From a virus (lineage: Duplodnaviria; Caudoviricetes), in the IMG/VR virus record IMGVR_UViG_2687453119_000006, positions 32,001 through 96,000 of that record: a stretch of 64,000 bases of DNA. One strand, given 5' to 3'. Positions 47,432 to 57,464 of the stretch are shown in pieces. A program made the position numbers and the translations under genes. Positions within the stretch are counted from its first letter, which is position 1. Each line of letters opens with the position of its first letter. The notes below the pieces were generated by a model. That model ran no database searches. It saw only the letters and a list, made by a program, of their open reading frames with translations, and was not told the origin of the DNA.

Positions 47432-48301
47432 ATGCCGAGTTTCGAGTCACCCGCGCTGTACATCGACTTCGCGCGGCTGCCGCCGCCGCAGGTGATCGAG
47501 GAGATCGATTACGAGGTGCTCCTGAAGCGCTACCAGGCCAAGGTCCTGGAGCTGCGGCCGGAGCTGGCCGCCGCGATCGCGCTGGAGCAGTCGCCGACCA
47601 ACGTCATTCTCGAAGCCGAGTCCTACGGCGAGATGATCGTCCGCGAGCGCATCAATGCCGCGGCTCGAGCCTGCATGCTGCCGTTCGCTACGGGGTCTGA
47701 CCTCGAAGTGATCGGCGCCCGCTTCAATGTGCAGCGAATGGAAGGCGAGCTGGATCCTCGCCTCCGCCGACGAATTCAGCTCTCAATGGAGAGCTTCTCG
47801 ACCGCGGGTAGCCCCGGGTCGTACATCTTCCACGCCCTGAGCGTTTCGACCCAGGTCAAGGACGTCTCTGCCGTCGCCGAGCGCGGAACGGGCAGGGTGA
47901 CCGTCACGATCATGGCCGATGGCACCAACCCGGTGCCGAGTTCGACGCTTGTCGATGCCGTCTACGACCGATTGATGTCGGATGGCATCAAGCCGCTCAC
48001 GGACGACATTAGGGTCCTACCGGTCACCAAGATCCCGGTGGACCTTTCCGCCAACCTCACGCTCTACCCTGGCCCCGACGCTTCGCTGGTGATCGCCGAC
48101 GTCAACAAGTCGCTCACCTCGCTGCGCAACCGCGTCAGTCAGATCGGCATGGACCTGAAACGGTCCGCCGTCATCGCCGCCCTCACGCAGGAAGGCGTCC
48201 AGAACGTCGACATCGACTTCCTGGACGTCAACGTCGGGACGGGTGGTGTGGTCTGGATCAACTCGGCCAGCGTGAACGTGTCCAGCATCCGCGAGGAGTA
48301 A
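47432..48301 (+). CDS. Baseplate J-like protein
   Basis: LPPPQVIEEIDYE, FSTAGS.GSY.FHAL, KPLTD. Confidence 0.92.
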   Translation: MPSFESPALYIDFARLPPPQVIEEIDYEVLLKRYQAKVLELRPELAAAIALEQSPTNVILEAESYGEMIVRERINAAARACMLPFATGSDLEVIGARFNVQRMEGELDPRLRRRIQLSMESFSTAGSPGSYIFHALSVSTQVKDVSAVAERGTGRVTVTIMADGTNPVPSSTLVDAVYDRLMSDGIKPLTDDIRVLPVTKIPVDLSANLTLYPGPDASLVIADVNKSLTSLRNRVSQIGMDLKRSAVIAALTQEGVQNVDIDFLDVNVGTGGVVWINSASVNVSSIREE

Positions 48302-48304
48302 TCC

Positions 48305-49537
48305 ATGGCCGAGCGCCTTATGGAACATGTCCTGGCGCCGAACGCGACGATTTACGAGCGCGTCCTGGCCTCCCAGGTTGATCGGCTCCTGGCACTCGAT
48401 ACCGATCGGCTCCGCCGGCTCTGGGATCCTTACCGCTGTCACGTCGACGACCTGCCGTACCTGGCGTGGTCGTTCTCGGCGGACATCTGGGACACGAACT
48501 GGCCGGAGGCGAAGAAGCGCAAGGCTGTCGCCGATGCGATCGCGCACCACCGCCTGAAGGGTACGAAGGCCGGCATGGCCACGTACCTCGACCTGGTTGA
48601 CTGTAATCTCGATGACCTGATCGTCCCGCCTGCGCGTGGCTATCGGATTCCGGCCATGACGAACGACGAGTTCATGTCGTGGCTGGTGCATCTGCCGCAG
48701 ATCAGGATTTACCCCTTCGTGATCCGCGATCCGGCCGGGCCGCGTGACTTCCGGATGCCGACTTACACCTTCCGGAACGATAACTTCCGCGAGAAGAGCA
48801 TCGGCCCGAACATCTACGGCCGGAAGGCGTCGATCTACAAGAGCGGTGTCGAGGCCTTCGTCAAGCTGGAAGCGATGACCGAGTTCGGCGGCCAAGCCGT
48901 GGAGCGGGTCTACTTCGGCGATTTTGCAAGGCGGGACTATCACACCGATGGCTTCCGTGGTCACAAGTTCTACGAACTGACCGACGCGACCGACAACATC
49001 GTCACCGTTCGCATCAGCCAGGCCGCCTCCGACCTCGTGTCGCTGACGCCCGGTCTGACGCCGCAGGATGTCAAGCCGGTCCAGATCGCCGAGAAGCATA
49101 TCGTCCAGCCGGCGACGACGTTCCGCGCTTACAACGCCTCGTTCCGCGGCAACGGCAATTTCCGTCGTGAGACGGACGCGGCGCACTGGATCTACGATCG
49201 AGTGGCGCTGCACAACAAGGCCGACCTGCCGTCAGGTCTGTCAGCCAAGTCTTATCGCGGTCACATGCGGTACGGCATCCCGGCCTACACGGCTCAGGCG
49301 ACTGTTAGCGTTCCTCTGGTCCGCTCGAATGCCCAGGGCTTCGGTGGCCGCTTCCGCAACGGTTTCCGCGTCCCCACCGACATGAAGAAGCTCGACGACG
49401 CCTGCGGGGCGATCGTCACCGCCAAGCCACTCCGCGACACCGTCCTGGTCGACACGGTCACTCACCGCGTCGTCCGACTGAAGGACCGGCGAAAGCTGGG
49501 GACGTTCAAGCTCGGCGAAATCAGAAAGGTCGCCTGA
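48305..49537 (+). CDS. Tail protein I (P2 gpI-like), extended
   Basis: LWDP..C..LPYLAWSFS.D.W, HRLKGT. Confidence 0.88.
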   Translation: MAERLMEHVLAPNATIYERVLASQVDRLLALDTDRLRRLWDPYRCHVDDLPYLAWSFSADIWDTNWPEAKKRKAVADAIAHHRLKGTKAGMATYLDLVDCNLDDLIVPPARGYRIPAMTNDEFMSWLVHLPQIRIYPFVIRDPAGPRDFRMPTYTFRNDNFREKSIGPNIYGRKASIYKSGVEAFVKLEAMTEFGGQAVERVYFGDFARRDYHTDGFRGHKFYELTDATDNIVTVRISQAASDLVSLTPGLTPQDVKPVQIAEKHIVQPATTFRAYNASFRGNGNFRRETDAAHWIYDRVALHNKADLPSGLSAKSYRGHMRYGIPAYTAQATVSVPLVRSNAQGFGGRFRNGFRVPTDMKKLDDACGAIVTAKPLRDTVLVDTVTHRVVRLKDRRKLGTFKLGEIRKVA

Positions 49538-49557
49538 GGCGGCTCCCAGGAGAAAAT

Positions 49558-51816
49558 ATGGAAAACAAGATCATCTTTCATGCGAACATCGATGATGATC
49601 CTACGGACTTCACCCGTCTGCAGGACTTCGCCGAGGCCTCGCTCGACCACGTCGTCCTCGACGGCATCAGCGACCTGACGAAGTACACCGGCTTCGGTGT
49701 GACCAAGTCCGCGGTCACCCAGATTTCGGTTGCTCCGGGTCGCCTCTATTCGGCCGGCAAGGTCTACAGTTCGGGCTCGACCGCGTGGTCCAAGGACTTC
49801 ATCACCCAGCTCCCCGTTGCCGGCAAGAAGATCGCCTGCATCGTGTCCTGGGGTTCGGAGTCGGACACGGACGTGCGTCCGCGTCAGTTCCTGATCAACG
49901 CTGAGACCCGTCAGGCCGAGCCGCAGGCTGTGCCACTGGTTCACGCCCGCGTGGCGAACCTGAACGTGGTCATCGGCAACGAAGCGCCCGATCCGGTCGC
50001 TCCGCTGGTCGACGTCGGCTACACGGTCATCGCGCAGGTCGTCCTGACGCCGACCGGTGTCGACACGATCAAGATGATCGAGGACAACAAGCTTCCGAGC
50101 GTTCAGCGCCATGAAGAGCGCATCATCGACCTCGAGACGTTCGAGGAGACCGCCGGCCTCCAGATCAAGACCCTGTCAACGGACATCGCCGCGCTCAAGC
50201 AGGCGGCGAACCGCGGCGAGGTCGACCAGGCCACCATGGGTCGCACCCTGACCCGATTGGCGGTGCTCGAGTCCAAGAACGGCGTCCTCTACACGGCGAT
50301 CGATTCAAGCGCGAACTTCTTCCTCGACCATTCGAAGTCGAAGCTCGACGACCCGCTGTCGCACGCGAAGGTCGAAGAGGGTATCCGTATGCCAGCGGCG
50401 GCCGAAGGGGTGTCCGCGCTCAGCATCTTCAATCCGCTGGATCCGAACGCCACGATCAAGAATGGCCTCATGCTCCCGTCCTACACCCGGGAAGCCTGGC
50501 TGCAGTCTGGCAGCATCAGCGGCGAGGTGCAGGTTGCCGCATATTCCGTGTCGTCCTTCGACATGGTGCAGAAGACGATCGCGCGTCAGCGCATCCGTTA
50601 CGGCAACGAGTTCATCGTCTGTACGAACAGCCTTTGGTGGCAGACCGGACAGTTCGACGGCGTCAGCCGCTTCTTCCGTGCCGGTGAGATCTACGAGGTC
50701 CTGAACCCTGGCGAGGCTTGGGGTCACAGCTGGATGCGCGTGCGCCAGATCTGGATCGACACTTACGACGAAGCGTACTGGGACAAGATCACGACCACCA
50801 CCACGGTGACCGGCACCCAGATCGCTGAGACTTGGCTCCAAGGCCAGAACATGTGGCTCGACGCTGTAGGCGTCTGCTTCACCCGTCTGGCGGCGTCCGG
50901 CTCAGCGCACATCGCAATCGTCGAGGTGTCTGACTATGGCTTGCCGAACCTGAAGCAGTGTATCGCCCAGACCACGCTGCTCCGCGAGAACATGAAGCTC
51001 AATGCGGAGACGGTGGTTCCGCTGCAACCGACCTATCTCTCGGCTGGTAAGCGGTACGCGCTGGTCATCACCACTGCGGCCGACCACTGGGTCGCTGTCG
51101 TTCCTGGCCAGCAGTTCACGCAGGGCACGTTCTTCTACGTTCTCGACGGCGCCTATGCGCAGGGCGATGCGTTCAAGGACCTCTGGATGCGTCTGTACCG
51201 CTGCAAATTCAACACGGCCCGTGCGGTCATCACGTTGAACCCGTTGCAGCTGCCTGGTGGCATCCTGGCGATCGATCTGATCGCCGGCACGATCATCCCG
51301 GATGGCACGTCGCTGACGTACGAGATCCAGGTTGGCTCACAATGGTTCAACCTGATCGACGTCGACAAGTACATGCTTGGACAGGGCGGCACGATCCCGC
51401 CGCTGCTGCCTCTGCGGGCCGTCTACATGGGCTCGGTCGACTGTATGCCGGGGCTCAACCTCATCGATAGCTCGGTCCATGTGTCTCGGCCGGACGTCTA
51501 CGCACAGCACGTCACCACGACGCGCACGCTGCCGGCTCCGTCGACGCAGATCCGGGTCATCGAGCGGTATGAGGGCTTCGATCCGATCTACCACACCGCG
51601 AGCTGCAAGCTGCTCACGGGTGCGCCTGGCTTCGGAACGCAGGTCTCTCCGTCCAGCGTGTCGACCTTCATCGACCCCAACGACGGCGCATACGAGCGAA
51701 CCTACGTGTTCAACCTCGGCGCTGCGGTCACGCAGTACCGAGTCCTGACGCGAACCGACACCTCGACCAACCAGCGTGTGTTCCACGTCGGTTGGCAGAA
51801 GGACTACGCGCTGTAA
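49558..51816 (+). CDS. Baseplate / proximal tail fibre structural protein
   Basis: 752-aa beta-rich ORF after gpI; AGGAG RBS. Confidence 0.7.
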   Translation: MENKIIFHANIDDDPTDFTRLQDFAEASLDHVVLDGISDLTKYTGFGVTKSAVTQISVAPGRLYSAGKVYSSGSTAWSKDFITQLPVAGKKIACIVSWGSESDTDVRPRQFLINAETRQAEPQAVPLVHARVANLNVVIGNEAPDPVAPLVDVGYTVIAQVVLTPTGVDTIKMIEDNKLPSVQRHEERIIDLETFEETAGLQIKTLSTDIAALKQAANRGEVDQATMGRTLTRLAVLESKNGVLYTAIDSSANFFLDHSKSKLDDPLSHAKVEEGIRMPAAAEGVSALSIFNPLDPNATIKNGLMLPSYTREAWLQSGSISGEVQVAAYSVSSFDMVQKTIARQRIRYGNEFIVCTNSLWWQTGQFDGVSRFFRAGEIYEVLNPGEAWGHSWMRVRQIWIDTYDEAYWDKITTTTTVTGTQIAETWLQGQNMWLDAVGVCFTRLAASGSAHIAIVEVSDYGLPNLKQCIAQTTLLRENMKLNAETVVPLQPTYLSAGKRYALVITTAADHWVAVVPGQQFTQGTFFYVLDGAYAQGDAFKDLWMRLYRCKFNTARAVITLNPLQLPGGILAIDLIAGTIIPDGTSLTYEIQVGSQWFNLIDVDKYMLGQGGTIPPLLPLRAVYMGSVDCMPGLNLIDSSVHVSRPDVYAQHVTTTRTLPAPSTQIRVIERYEGFDPIYHTASCKLLTGAPGFGTQVSPSSVSTFIDPNDGAYERTYVFNLGAAVTQYRVLTRTDTSTNQRVFHVGWQKDYAL

Positions 51817-51834
51817 GCGCAGAAAGAACCGTCA

Positions 51835-52050
51835 ATGGCAAAAGCAAAGAACGCGGCCACCGAAGAGGTGGTCGCGGTGGAGCCGCAGGCTCCCGAACCG
51901 GCTCCGATCATGTATGAGGTGACCCTGAACGGTCGCTTCACTCACATGGACTTTCCCTACCTGCCTTCGCATCACCACATCGTCGACAAGGCGATCTACG
52001 ATGCGATGGTCGAAGCGGGGGTAGTTGCCGATGTCAAGCAACTTTCCTGA
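51835..52050 (+). CDS. Hypothetical protein
   Basis: 71-aa ORF in the tail operon. Confidence 0.6.
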   Translation: MAKAKNAATEEVVAVEPQAPEPAPIMYEVTLNGRFTHMDFPYLPSHHHIVDKAIYDAMVEAGVVADVKQLS

Positions 52051-53725
52051 GCTTGTATTCAGCGACGACGAAGACTTCACGGCAGATCGATTGAACTTGG
52101 CGATGCAGGTGCTTGATCAGCGCCTGCGTTCGCTGGAGCCTTTTTCTCCGAGCTGGGAGCAGGCAGTCAACGATCTGCGTCTGGTCGGACTCTCTCGACT
52201 GAACGACGCCATCCTGCCGGCGTATCAGCGCATCCAGCTGCTGTCCACGCTCGGCTTCCTGTTCGCTGGCTCGTCCAGCGAAGTCGCTCTTACCCAGGAC
52301 ATGACCGCGACGTTTGTCATTGACGACGAGACGGAAAAGTCCCTGTTCACCCCGACGCCATTCCTGGCGCTGACCCGCTCCTCGACGATAGATGACTATG
52401 CGATTGCGCAGTTGATCTCGTATGAGCAGGCGACCGGCACCTTGATGGTGAAGGTCAAATCGATCACCGGCAGCCCTGGTCCTTTCACGGACTGGCAGAT
52501 CGGCGCCTGTGCGGCGTCAACCATCGCAGCGATGGCCTACTTCACGCAGATCGATGCGGCCCGCAACGCAGCCAACGTTGCAAAGGCAGCAACAGCTGCC
52601 GACCGCGTACAGACCGGTCTCGACCGCATCCAGACGGGTGTGGATCGGAATGCCGCGGCGCAGTCGGCTGTAGCAGCGTCTGCCTCTGCTGACCGAGCCG
52701 GCACCTGGGATCCGACCAACTACGCCCTCAAGTCGTATGTGGACGGCAAGATCCAAGCGCTGGTCGGCACCGCGCCGGCCACCCTCGACACGCTCGCGGA
52801 AATCGCGGCGCAGATGCAGGCGGACGAGAGCGGCTTTGCCGCGCTGTCCACCACGGTCTCCGGCAAGCTGACGGCAACGCAGAACCTGAACGACCTGACC
52901 GACAAGGCACAGGCTCGCATCAATCTGGGCGTCACTTTCGCCAACCCGACCAGCAAGTCGGGCCTAACGGCGGCGAACGGGTCGGCCGTTACCTACATGC
53001 GGTCTGATGCTGCTCCTGCGATCGACGTTTCGATCGCGCCGACCTGGACCAACAAGCACATCTTCCAGTGGAACTCTGGAGCGACATACTGCATCAACGT
53101 CCAGACCTATGGCGGCTTGACCATCTACGCGCCGGACCAGGGCTCGGCGTTCATGACGTTCCATCGCGGCGCATACGCGAGCCAGTTTGGGCTCGACGGT
53201 GACAACTACTACCGATGGGGTGGTTGGTCGGATGGTGCTGGCGGAGTCCGTATGTACCTGAGCCCTGGTGGCTTGTTGTACAGTGCAGGTTACGGCGCCT
53301 CGACGACGCCTGTTGGTGGTCAGGTGCGCGCGGCCGGCGACATCATCTACGGCCTGTCGGATCAACGTCTGAAGGACGACATCCAGATCATTGAAGATGC
53401 TCTGGAGAAGATCGACCAGCTCGATGGCGTCACCTGGGTTCAGAGCGATCTGGCCCGCGAGGTTGGTGCACCGGTTCAAGACCGTCGCAAGGCCGGTCTG
53501 TTGGCGCAGCAGCTGGAGAAGGTTCTGCCCGAAGCGGTCGGCCTGGCTCCGTTCGACACGAACAAGCTGATGAAGAGCCGTACGGGCTTGAACCTGCTGA
53601 ACATCCAGTACGAGCAGGTTTCTGGTCTGCTGGTGGAAGGCATCAAGGCGCTGAAGCGCAAGAACGAGGCGCTCGAAGACCGAGTCGCACGACTCGAAGC
53701 GATCATCGAGAAGCTGGGGGTGTAA
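52031..53725 (+). CDS. Tail fibre with C-terminal intramolecular chaperone (peptidase S74)
   Basis: APATLDTLAEIA, NLNDLTDK, SDQRLKDDI..ALEKI..GLLAQ and a terminal coiled coil. Confidence 0.9.
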   Translation: MSSNFPELVFSDDEDFTADRLNLAMQVLDQRLRSLEPFSPSWEQAVNDLRLVGLSRLNDAILPAYQRIQLLSTLGFLFAGSSSEVALTQDMTATFVIDDETEKSLFTPTPFLALTRSSTIDDYAIAQLISYEQATGTLMVKVKSITGSPGPFTDWQIGACAASTIAAMAYFTQIDAARNAANVAKAATAADRVQTGLDRIQTGVDRNAAAQSAVAASASADRAGTWDPTNYALKSYVDGKIQALVGTAPATLDTLAEIAAQMQADESGFAALSTTVSGKLTATQNLNDLTDKAQARINLGVTFANPTSKSGLTAANGSAVTYMRSDAAPAIDVSIAPTWTNKHIFQWNSGATYCINVQTYGGLTIYAPDQGSAFMTFHRGAYASQFGLDGDNYYRWGGWSDGAGGVRMYLSPGGLLYSAGYGASTTPVGGQVRAAGDIIYGLSDQRLKDDIQIIEDALEKIDQLDGVTWVQSDLAREVGAPVQDRRKAGLLAQQLEKVLPEAVGLAPFDTNKLMKSRTGLNLLNIQYEQVSGLLVEGIKALKRKNEALEDRVARLEAIIEKLGV

Positions 53726-53726
53726 G

Positions 53727-53960
53727 ATGGCTGTTCCGTCATCTGGCGCTGTCGGCTTCTCGACCGTCAACTCCGTCTTCGGCTACGGCATCGCGATGAG
53801 CAGCTACGTCGGCCGGCCCTACTACTACTACGAAGTGAACTGGGGCGTTAGGTCCGGCACCTTCCCAGGCTCCAACTTCCCGATGTCTCTCTTCTACGGG
53901 AAATCCAACCACGACGAATGGAACTGCGCCTGCGCCTGCGCCTGCGCGTGCGGCAAGTGA
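53727..53960 (+). CDS. Cys-rich fibre-tip-like protein / putative radical SAM substrate
   Basis: Starts 1 nt after the fibre stop; MAVPSSG..MSLFYGKS..WNCACACACACGK. Confidence 0.75.
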   Translation: MAVPSSGAVGFSTVNSVFGYGIAMSSYVGRPYYYYEVNWGVRSGTFPGSNFPMSLFYGKSNHDEWNCACACACACGK

Positions 53961-53966
53961 GGATCA

Positions 53967-54287
53967 ATGACCAAGCCACCGAGCACCACCTTCAGCTACC
54001 GGATCAATCACTGGAGCAAGGACGGCTGGGCTCGAGTCGAGTATCGGCACGAGACGCTCGGTAGCTTGGTCAAGCAGGTCTTCATCCCGCTGAACCATTC
54101 GGAAGAGGAGCAGCGTGGCGCCGTCATCATGCAGTTCCCCTGGCAATCCTTCCACGCCAGGTATCTTGAAATGTTGGCGCAGGCGGCTGCTCCGGCCCCC
54201 GCGGCAATGGAAGGACAATTCACGCACCGCATCGATCGTCCCATGGAGGATCCGGTCGGTTTGCCCATGGAAACCCAAAAGGTGTAG
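53967..54287 (+). CDS. Hypothetical protein (possible fibre chaperone or peptide-binding protein)
   Basis: GAGGA RBS, 106 aa. Confidence 0.65.
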   Translation: MTKPPSTTFSYRINHWSKDGWARVEYRHETLGSLVKQVFIPLNHSEEEQRGAVIMQFPWQSFHARYLEMLAQAAAPAPAAMEGQFTHRIDRPMEDPVGLPMETQKV

Positions 54288-54289
54288 CG

Positions 54290-54835
54290 ATGCAGTTCAG
54301 GCGCATCCGTTTCGAGAACTTCACGATCACGATCTTCACGGCGCATGCCGGCGAAGAGAGGGTCTGTCCTCCGTCTGAACTAACCCGCGGCCTGACCGCG
54401 TCAGACGCTCCGGCCATCGCTCACCTGCTCGAAGGCAAGGATGATGCTCGGCCGCTCCACACCATTCCGGTGTACACCAAGGGCGGCTTCGAGGCTCTCG
54501 GCGGCGATCACGCGCCGGACCCTCGCCCGGCTGGTAGCGGCGCCACTCAGTTCGTGAGGGGCATCGACAACTACAAGCTCCGCGCCACAGCGCCGGATAG
54601 CGAATATCACTGCATCACCCCGAAGAGCAAAGAGCCGGTGTTCTGGCAGCGCTCATTCGTCGGCGGGAAGGCCGGCGACACGTTCGAGGTTCTGCCCAAC
54701 AGCTACCTCTACATCGCAGAGGGCAAGATCGAGCTGGCTCACCAGACGTTCGTCGGCCCCACGATGCTTGAGATCACCAAGCCGCACACGGCCAAGATCA
54801 CCGATCCGGTGATGGGCGCCAAGCTCTGGCGCTGA
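54290..54835 (+). CDS. Hypothetical protein, possibly cupin-like
   Basis: Beta-rich; YLYIAEGKIEL resembles a cupin/pirin strand. Confidence 0.55.
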   Translation: MQFRRIRFENFTITIFTAHAGEERVCPPSELTRGLTASDAPAIAHLLEGKDDARPLHTIPVYTKGGFEALGGDHAPDPRPAGSGATQFVRGIDNYKLRATAPDSEYHCITPKSKEPVFWQRSFVGGKAGDTFEVLPNSYLYIAEGKIELAHQTFVGPTMLEITKPHTAKITDPVMGAKLWR

Positions 54836-54845
54836 AAGGAGCCCC

Positions 54846-55475
54846 ATGCCCACGATCCGCTTCCTGACGCCTGCCGACTTTGGCGATATGTGCGACATCA
54901 TCGACAAGCACAGCAGCGGCATGGGCGCATGGTGCAACGATCCGACCGCCCCGGTGAAACCGAACTTCCGCCAGCTCGCGAAGGACCATGTGGACCTTTG
55001 CTTCGAGCAGGCTATGTCGAACTTCTGGGGCTATTTTGACGACTCCGGCAAGCTCGTCGCCTGGGTCAACTTCACCCGATGGGCTGATCCGATCAACATC
55101 ACCATCCGCTCCGTAATCGAAGATCCGGACGCCGACCTGCCGCGCCGCGATGGCGCTGTCTGGTCGGAAGCCGCGGTCGATCTGGCGAACTGGGGCATGG
55201 GGTACTTCTGGTCGGAGGGCGTCGAGAATTTCTGGTGCCGCATGTATGCCGGCAAAGAGGATCGGCACATCTCGGATCACCCCAACTGCATGCTGACTCA
55301 ATACCAGCGCGAAAGGGTCAAGTTCATCCGGGCCGGCGAGCAACCGCCGCCCGAGTATCGCAGGGTCAGCTGGTCGCCGTTTGACGACGACACAGCGATC
55401 TATCGGTTCTCCGACACATTGCCGCTGCTGGCGTATCTCGAAAGTGCAAATGATCCGACTGGAAATGCTGAGTGA
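54846..55475 (+). CDS. GNAT-fold-like protein
   Basis: TIRFLTPAD N-terminus and FWGYFDDSGKLVAWV; AAGGAG RBS. Confidence 0.55.
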   Translation: MPTIRFLTPADFGDMCDIIDKHSSGMGAWCNDPTAPVKPNFRQLAKDHVDLCFEQAMSNFWGYFDDSGKLVAWVNFTRWADPINITIRSVIEDPDADLPRRDGAVWSEAAVDLANWGMGYFWSEGVENFWCRMYAGKEDRHISDHPNCMLTQYQRERVKFIRAGEQPPPEYRRVSWSPFDDDTAIYRFSDTLPLLAYLESANDPTGNAE

Positions 55476-56748
55476 GAACGGAGAGGTCGTGCCTCTGTTC
55501 TACGATCAGCACACCTCACGTCTGCTCGACAAGGACGGCTTCAAGGCCGTCGACTACACCAACAACCCGATGTATGACCCGGAGCCATCGCAGCGCCGGC
55601 CGTTCATCGCGGTGGACTACGATCAGCCAGGGCGCAAGGTCCGCGAGGTCCGGAAGCTGAAGATCCAGCTCGGCCTCGGCTGCAACAAGTCCTGCTCATA
55701 CTGCCTCCAGGCGATACAGGTTCAGAAGGCCGCGGCGACAAGCACGCGGGATGCGTCGGTATTTCTGGCGAACATCGACGGCTGGATCGTCAACCCGGAG
55801 GGGATGGAGAAGGTCGAGCTGTGGGGTGGCGAGCCGCTGCTCTACTGGAAGAAGATCGAGATCCTCGCCCCGGCGTTGATCGCGAAGTTCCCGAACGCTC
55901 AGTTCTCGATCATCACGAACGGCGAGCTGCTCACTCGAGAGATCGTCGATCAGCTCAAGGCCTGGAATTTCTCTCTGACCATCAGCCATGATGGCCCGGG
56001 GCAGGCGGTAAGGGGAGACGACCCGTTCGAAGACCCTCACAAATTTGCCATGATCCAGTACGCGCAGAAGACGTTTCATCCGCGCTTCTCGTTCAACGCT
56101 GTGCTCACCCCTAAGAGCCACGACGTCAACGCCATCATCGACTGGTTCCACGATTACTTCCCGGGCTGCAACGTCGGCTTCGAGGGAGTCGTTCACAGCT
56201 ACGCCAGCGACCCGGCATCGATCTTCTCGATCGAGCAGCTGGCGCAGTTCAGCGACACGCTGTCCCGACAGCTGGCCGATGGATCGGCTCTCCGATCCCC
56301 CGCGATCATGGACAAGCTGCGCAGGTCGGTGAACTCGTTCGTCAATGAGCAGTCCTCGGAGACGCTGTTCCAGAAGTGCGGCATGGACATGCCGGAGTAT
56401 CTGGCGGTCGACCTGAAGGGCAACGTCATGACCTGCCAGAACGTGGGCGCCAACGGCAACCACAAGATCGGGCACGTCAGCGACTTCGAGAACATCGCGC
56501 TCAACACCTCCAAGCACTGGAGCAAGCGCCCAGAGTGCCAGAGCTGCCCCGTGCTGCAGCTTTGCCAAGGCGCCTGCATGTACCAGGGAGGGGACAACTG
56601 GACGCACAGCTGCAACGCTGAGTTCTTCTACAACCTGGCCTTCTTCAGGGCCGCGCTCTTCATCCTCACGGGACGATGGCTGGTTGGTTTCAGCGGCGAT
56701 ATCGTGCGTCCGAAACTGAAGAAGGATCGCGATGTCGAAGTTCGCTGA
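55450..56748 (+). CDS. Radical SAM enzyme with SPASM domain
   Basis: CNKSCSYC, WGGEPL, ITNG, SHDG; SPASM KCG..GNVMTC..CQSCPVLQLCQGAC..C. Confidence 0.95.
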   Translation: MIRLEMLSENGEVVPLFYDQHTSRLLDKDGFKAVDYTNNPMYDPEPSQRRPFIAVDYDQPGRKVREVRKLKIQLGLGCNKSCSYCLQAIQVQKAAATSTRDASVFLANIDGWIVNPEGMEKVELWGGEPLLYWKKIEILAPALIAKFPNAQFSIITNGELLTREIVDQLKAWNFSLTISHDGPGQAVRGDDPFEDPHKFAMIQYAQKTFHPRFSFNAVLTPKSHDVNAIIDWFHDYFPGCNVGFEGVVHSYASDPASIFSIEQLAQFSDTLSRQLADGSALRSPAIMDKLRRSVNSFVNEQSSETLFQKCGMDMPEYLAVDLKGNVMTCQNVGANGNHKIGHVSDFENIALNTSKHWSKRPECQSCPVLQLCQGACMYQGGDNWTHSCNAEFFYNLAFFRAALFILTGRWLVGFSGDIVRPKLKKDRDVEVR

Positions 56749-57463
56749 ACTGGTGGGGATTCTTGACAAAATACCCCACCTGTTCTTAGAAAAGGCCTAC
56801 GATGCGACACGTCTACAAACTGAGTTAGACGCCATCGATCCGGCACTTTTCGTGCCCTTCCGTTCCAAGAGCAGAAACGCTGACCACATCGCCGAGTTCT
56901 GGCGAGGTCTTTCGCTGGTCGCTCCGAGCGGATCTCTCCATGACGATTTGACCGAGGTTCCATACGAAGGCCGCACAGGCTACGTCTGGACCCCGGTCGC
57001 CGAGAGCAGCCCCTACATCAAGCAGCTCGTGACCGAGCTTGGCGGGGAGGGGCAGCGCGCGCGGCTCATGTGCGTGAAGGCAGGCGGCAGTCTGACCTGG
57101 CACCGCCATGGATCAGAGCTTTCGATGATCGTCGGCGCCCACGGCCGGCGGCCGAACTGGTACGAGCTGATCGTCCACGTCCCCATCCGCACCAACCCGG
57201 ACTTCAGCTACGAGGTCATCGACACTCGGGTCTACGAGCTGGCGGACTACTCGGCCGGGAAGCTGGAGATCCACCGGAAGAACTACCCGAAGGGCGAGGC
57301 CTGGGCGTTCAACGGTGCTCACTACCACAACGTCTTCAACCGCTCCGAGACCGAAGACCGCTACGCCATCATGCTGACCCTCGACATCAGGATGAGGAAG
57401 ACGTTCGACATCGTGTCGAAGGCGGTCGAGAGCTACGAGGGGCCACTCCTGACAGGGCTCTGA
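56732..57463 (+). CDS. Asp/Asn beta-hydroxylase-like Fe(II) oxygenase
   Basis: RARLM..GGSLTWHRH, HVPIRTNP, GEAWAFN..HNVFN..EDR. Confidence 0.8.
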   Translation: MSKFAELVGILDKIPHLFLEKAYDATRLQTELDAIDPALFVPFRSKSRNADHIAEFWRGLSLVAPSGSLHDDLTEVPYEGRTGYVWTPVAESSPYIKQLVTELGGEGQRARLMCVKAGGSLTWHRHGSELSMIVGAHGRRPNWYELIVHVPIRTNPDFSYEVIDTRVYELADYSAGKLEIHRKNYPKGEAWAFNGAHYHNVFNRSETEDRYAIMLTLDIRMRKTFDIVSKAVESYEGPLLTGL

Positions 57464-57464
57464 A

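Noticed and set aside
55450-56748. Radical SAM as QueE, NrdG, MoaA or an anaerobic sulfatase maturase
   Set aside because: No que, nrd, moa or sulfatase genes nearby; the context is tail genes and a Cys-rich small ORF
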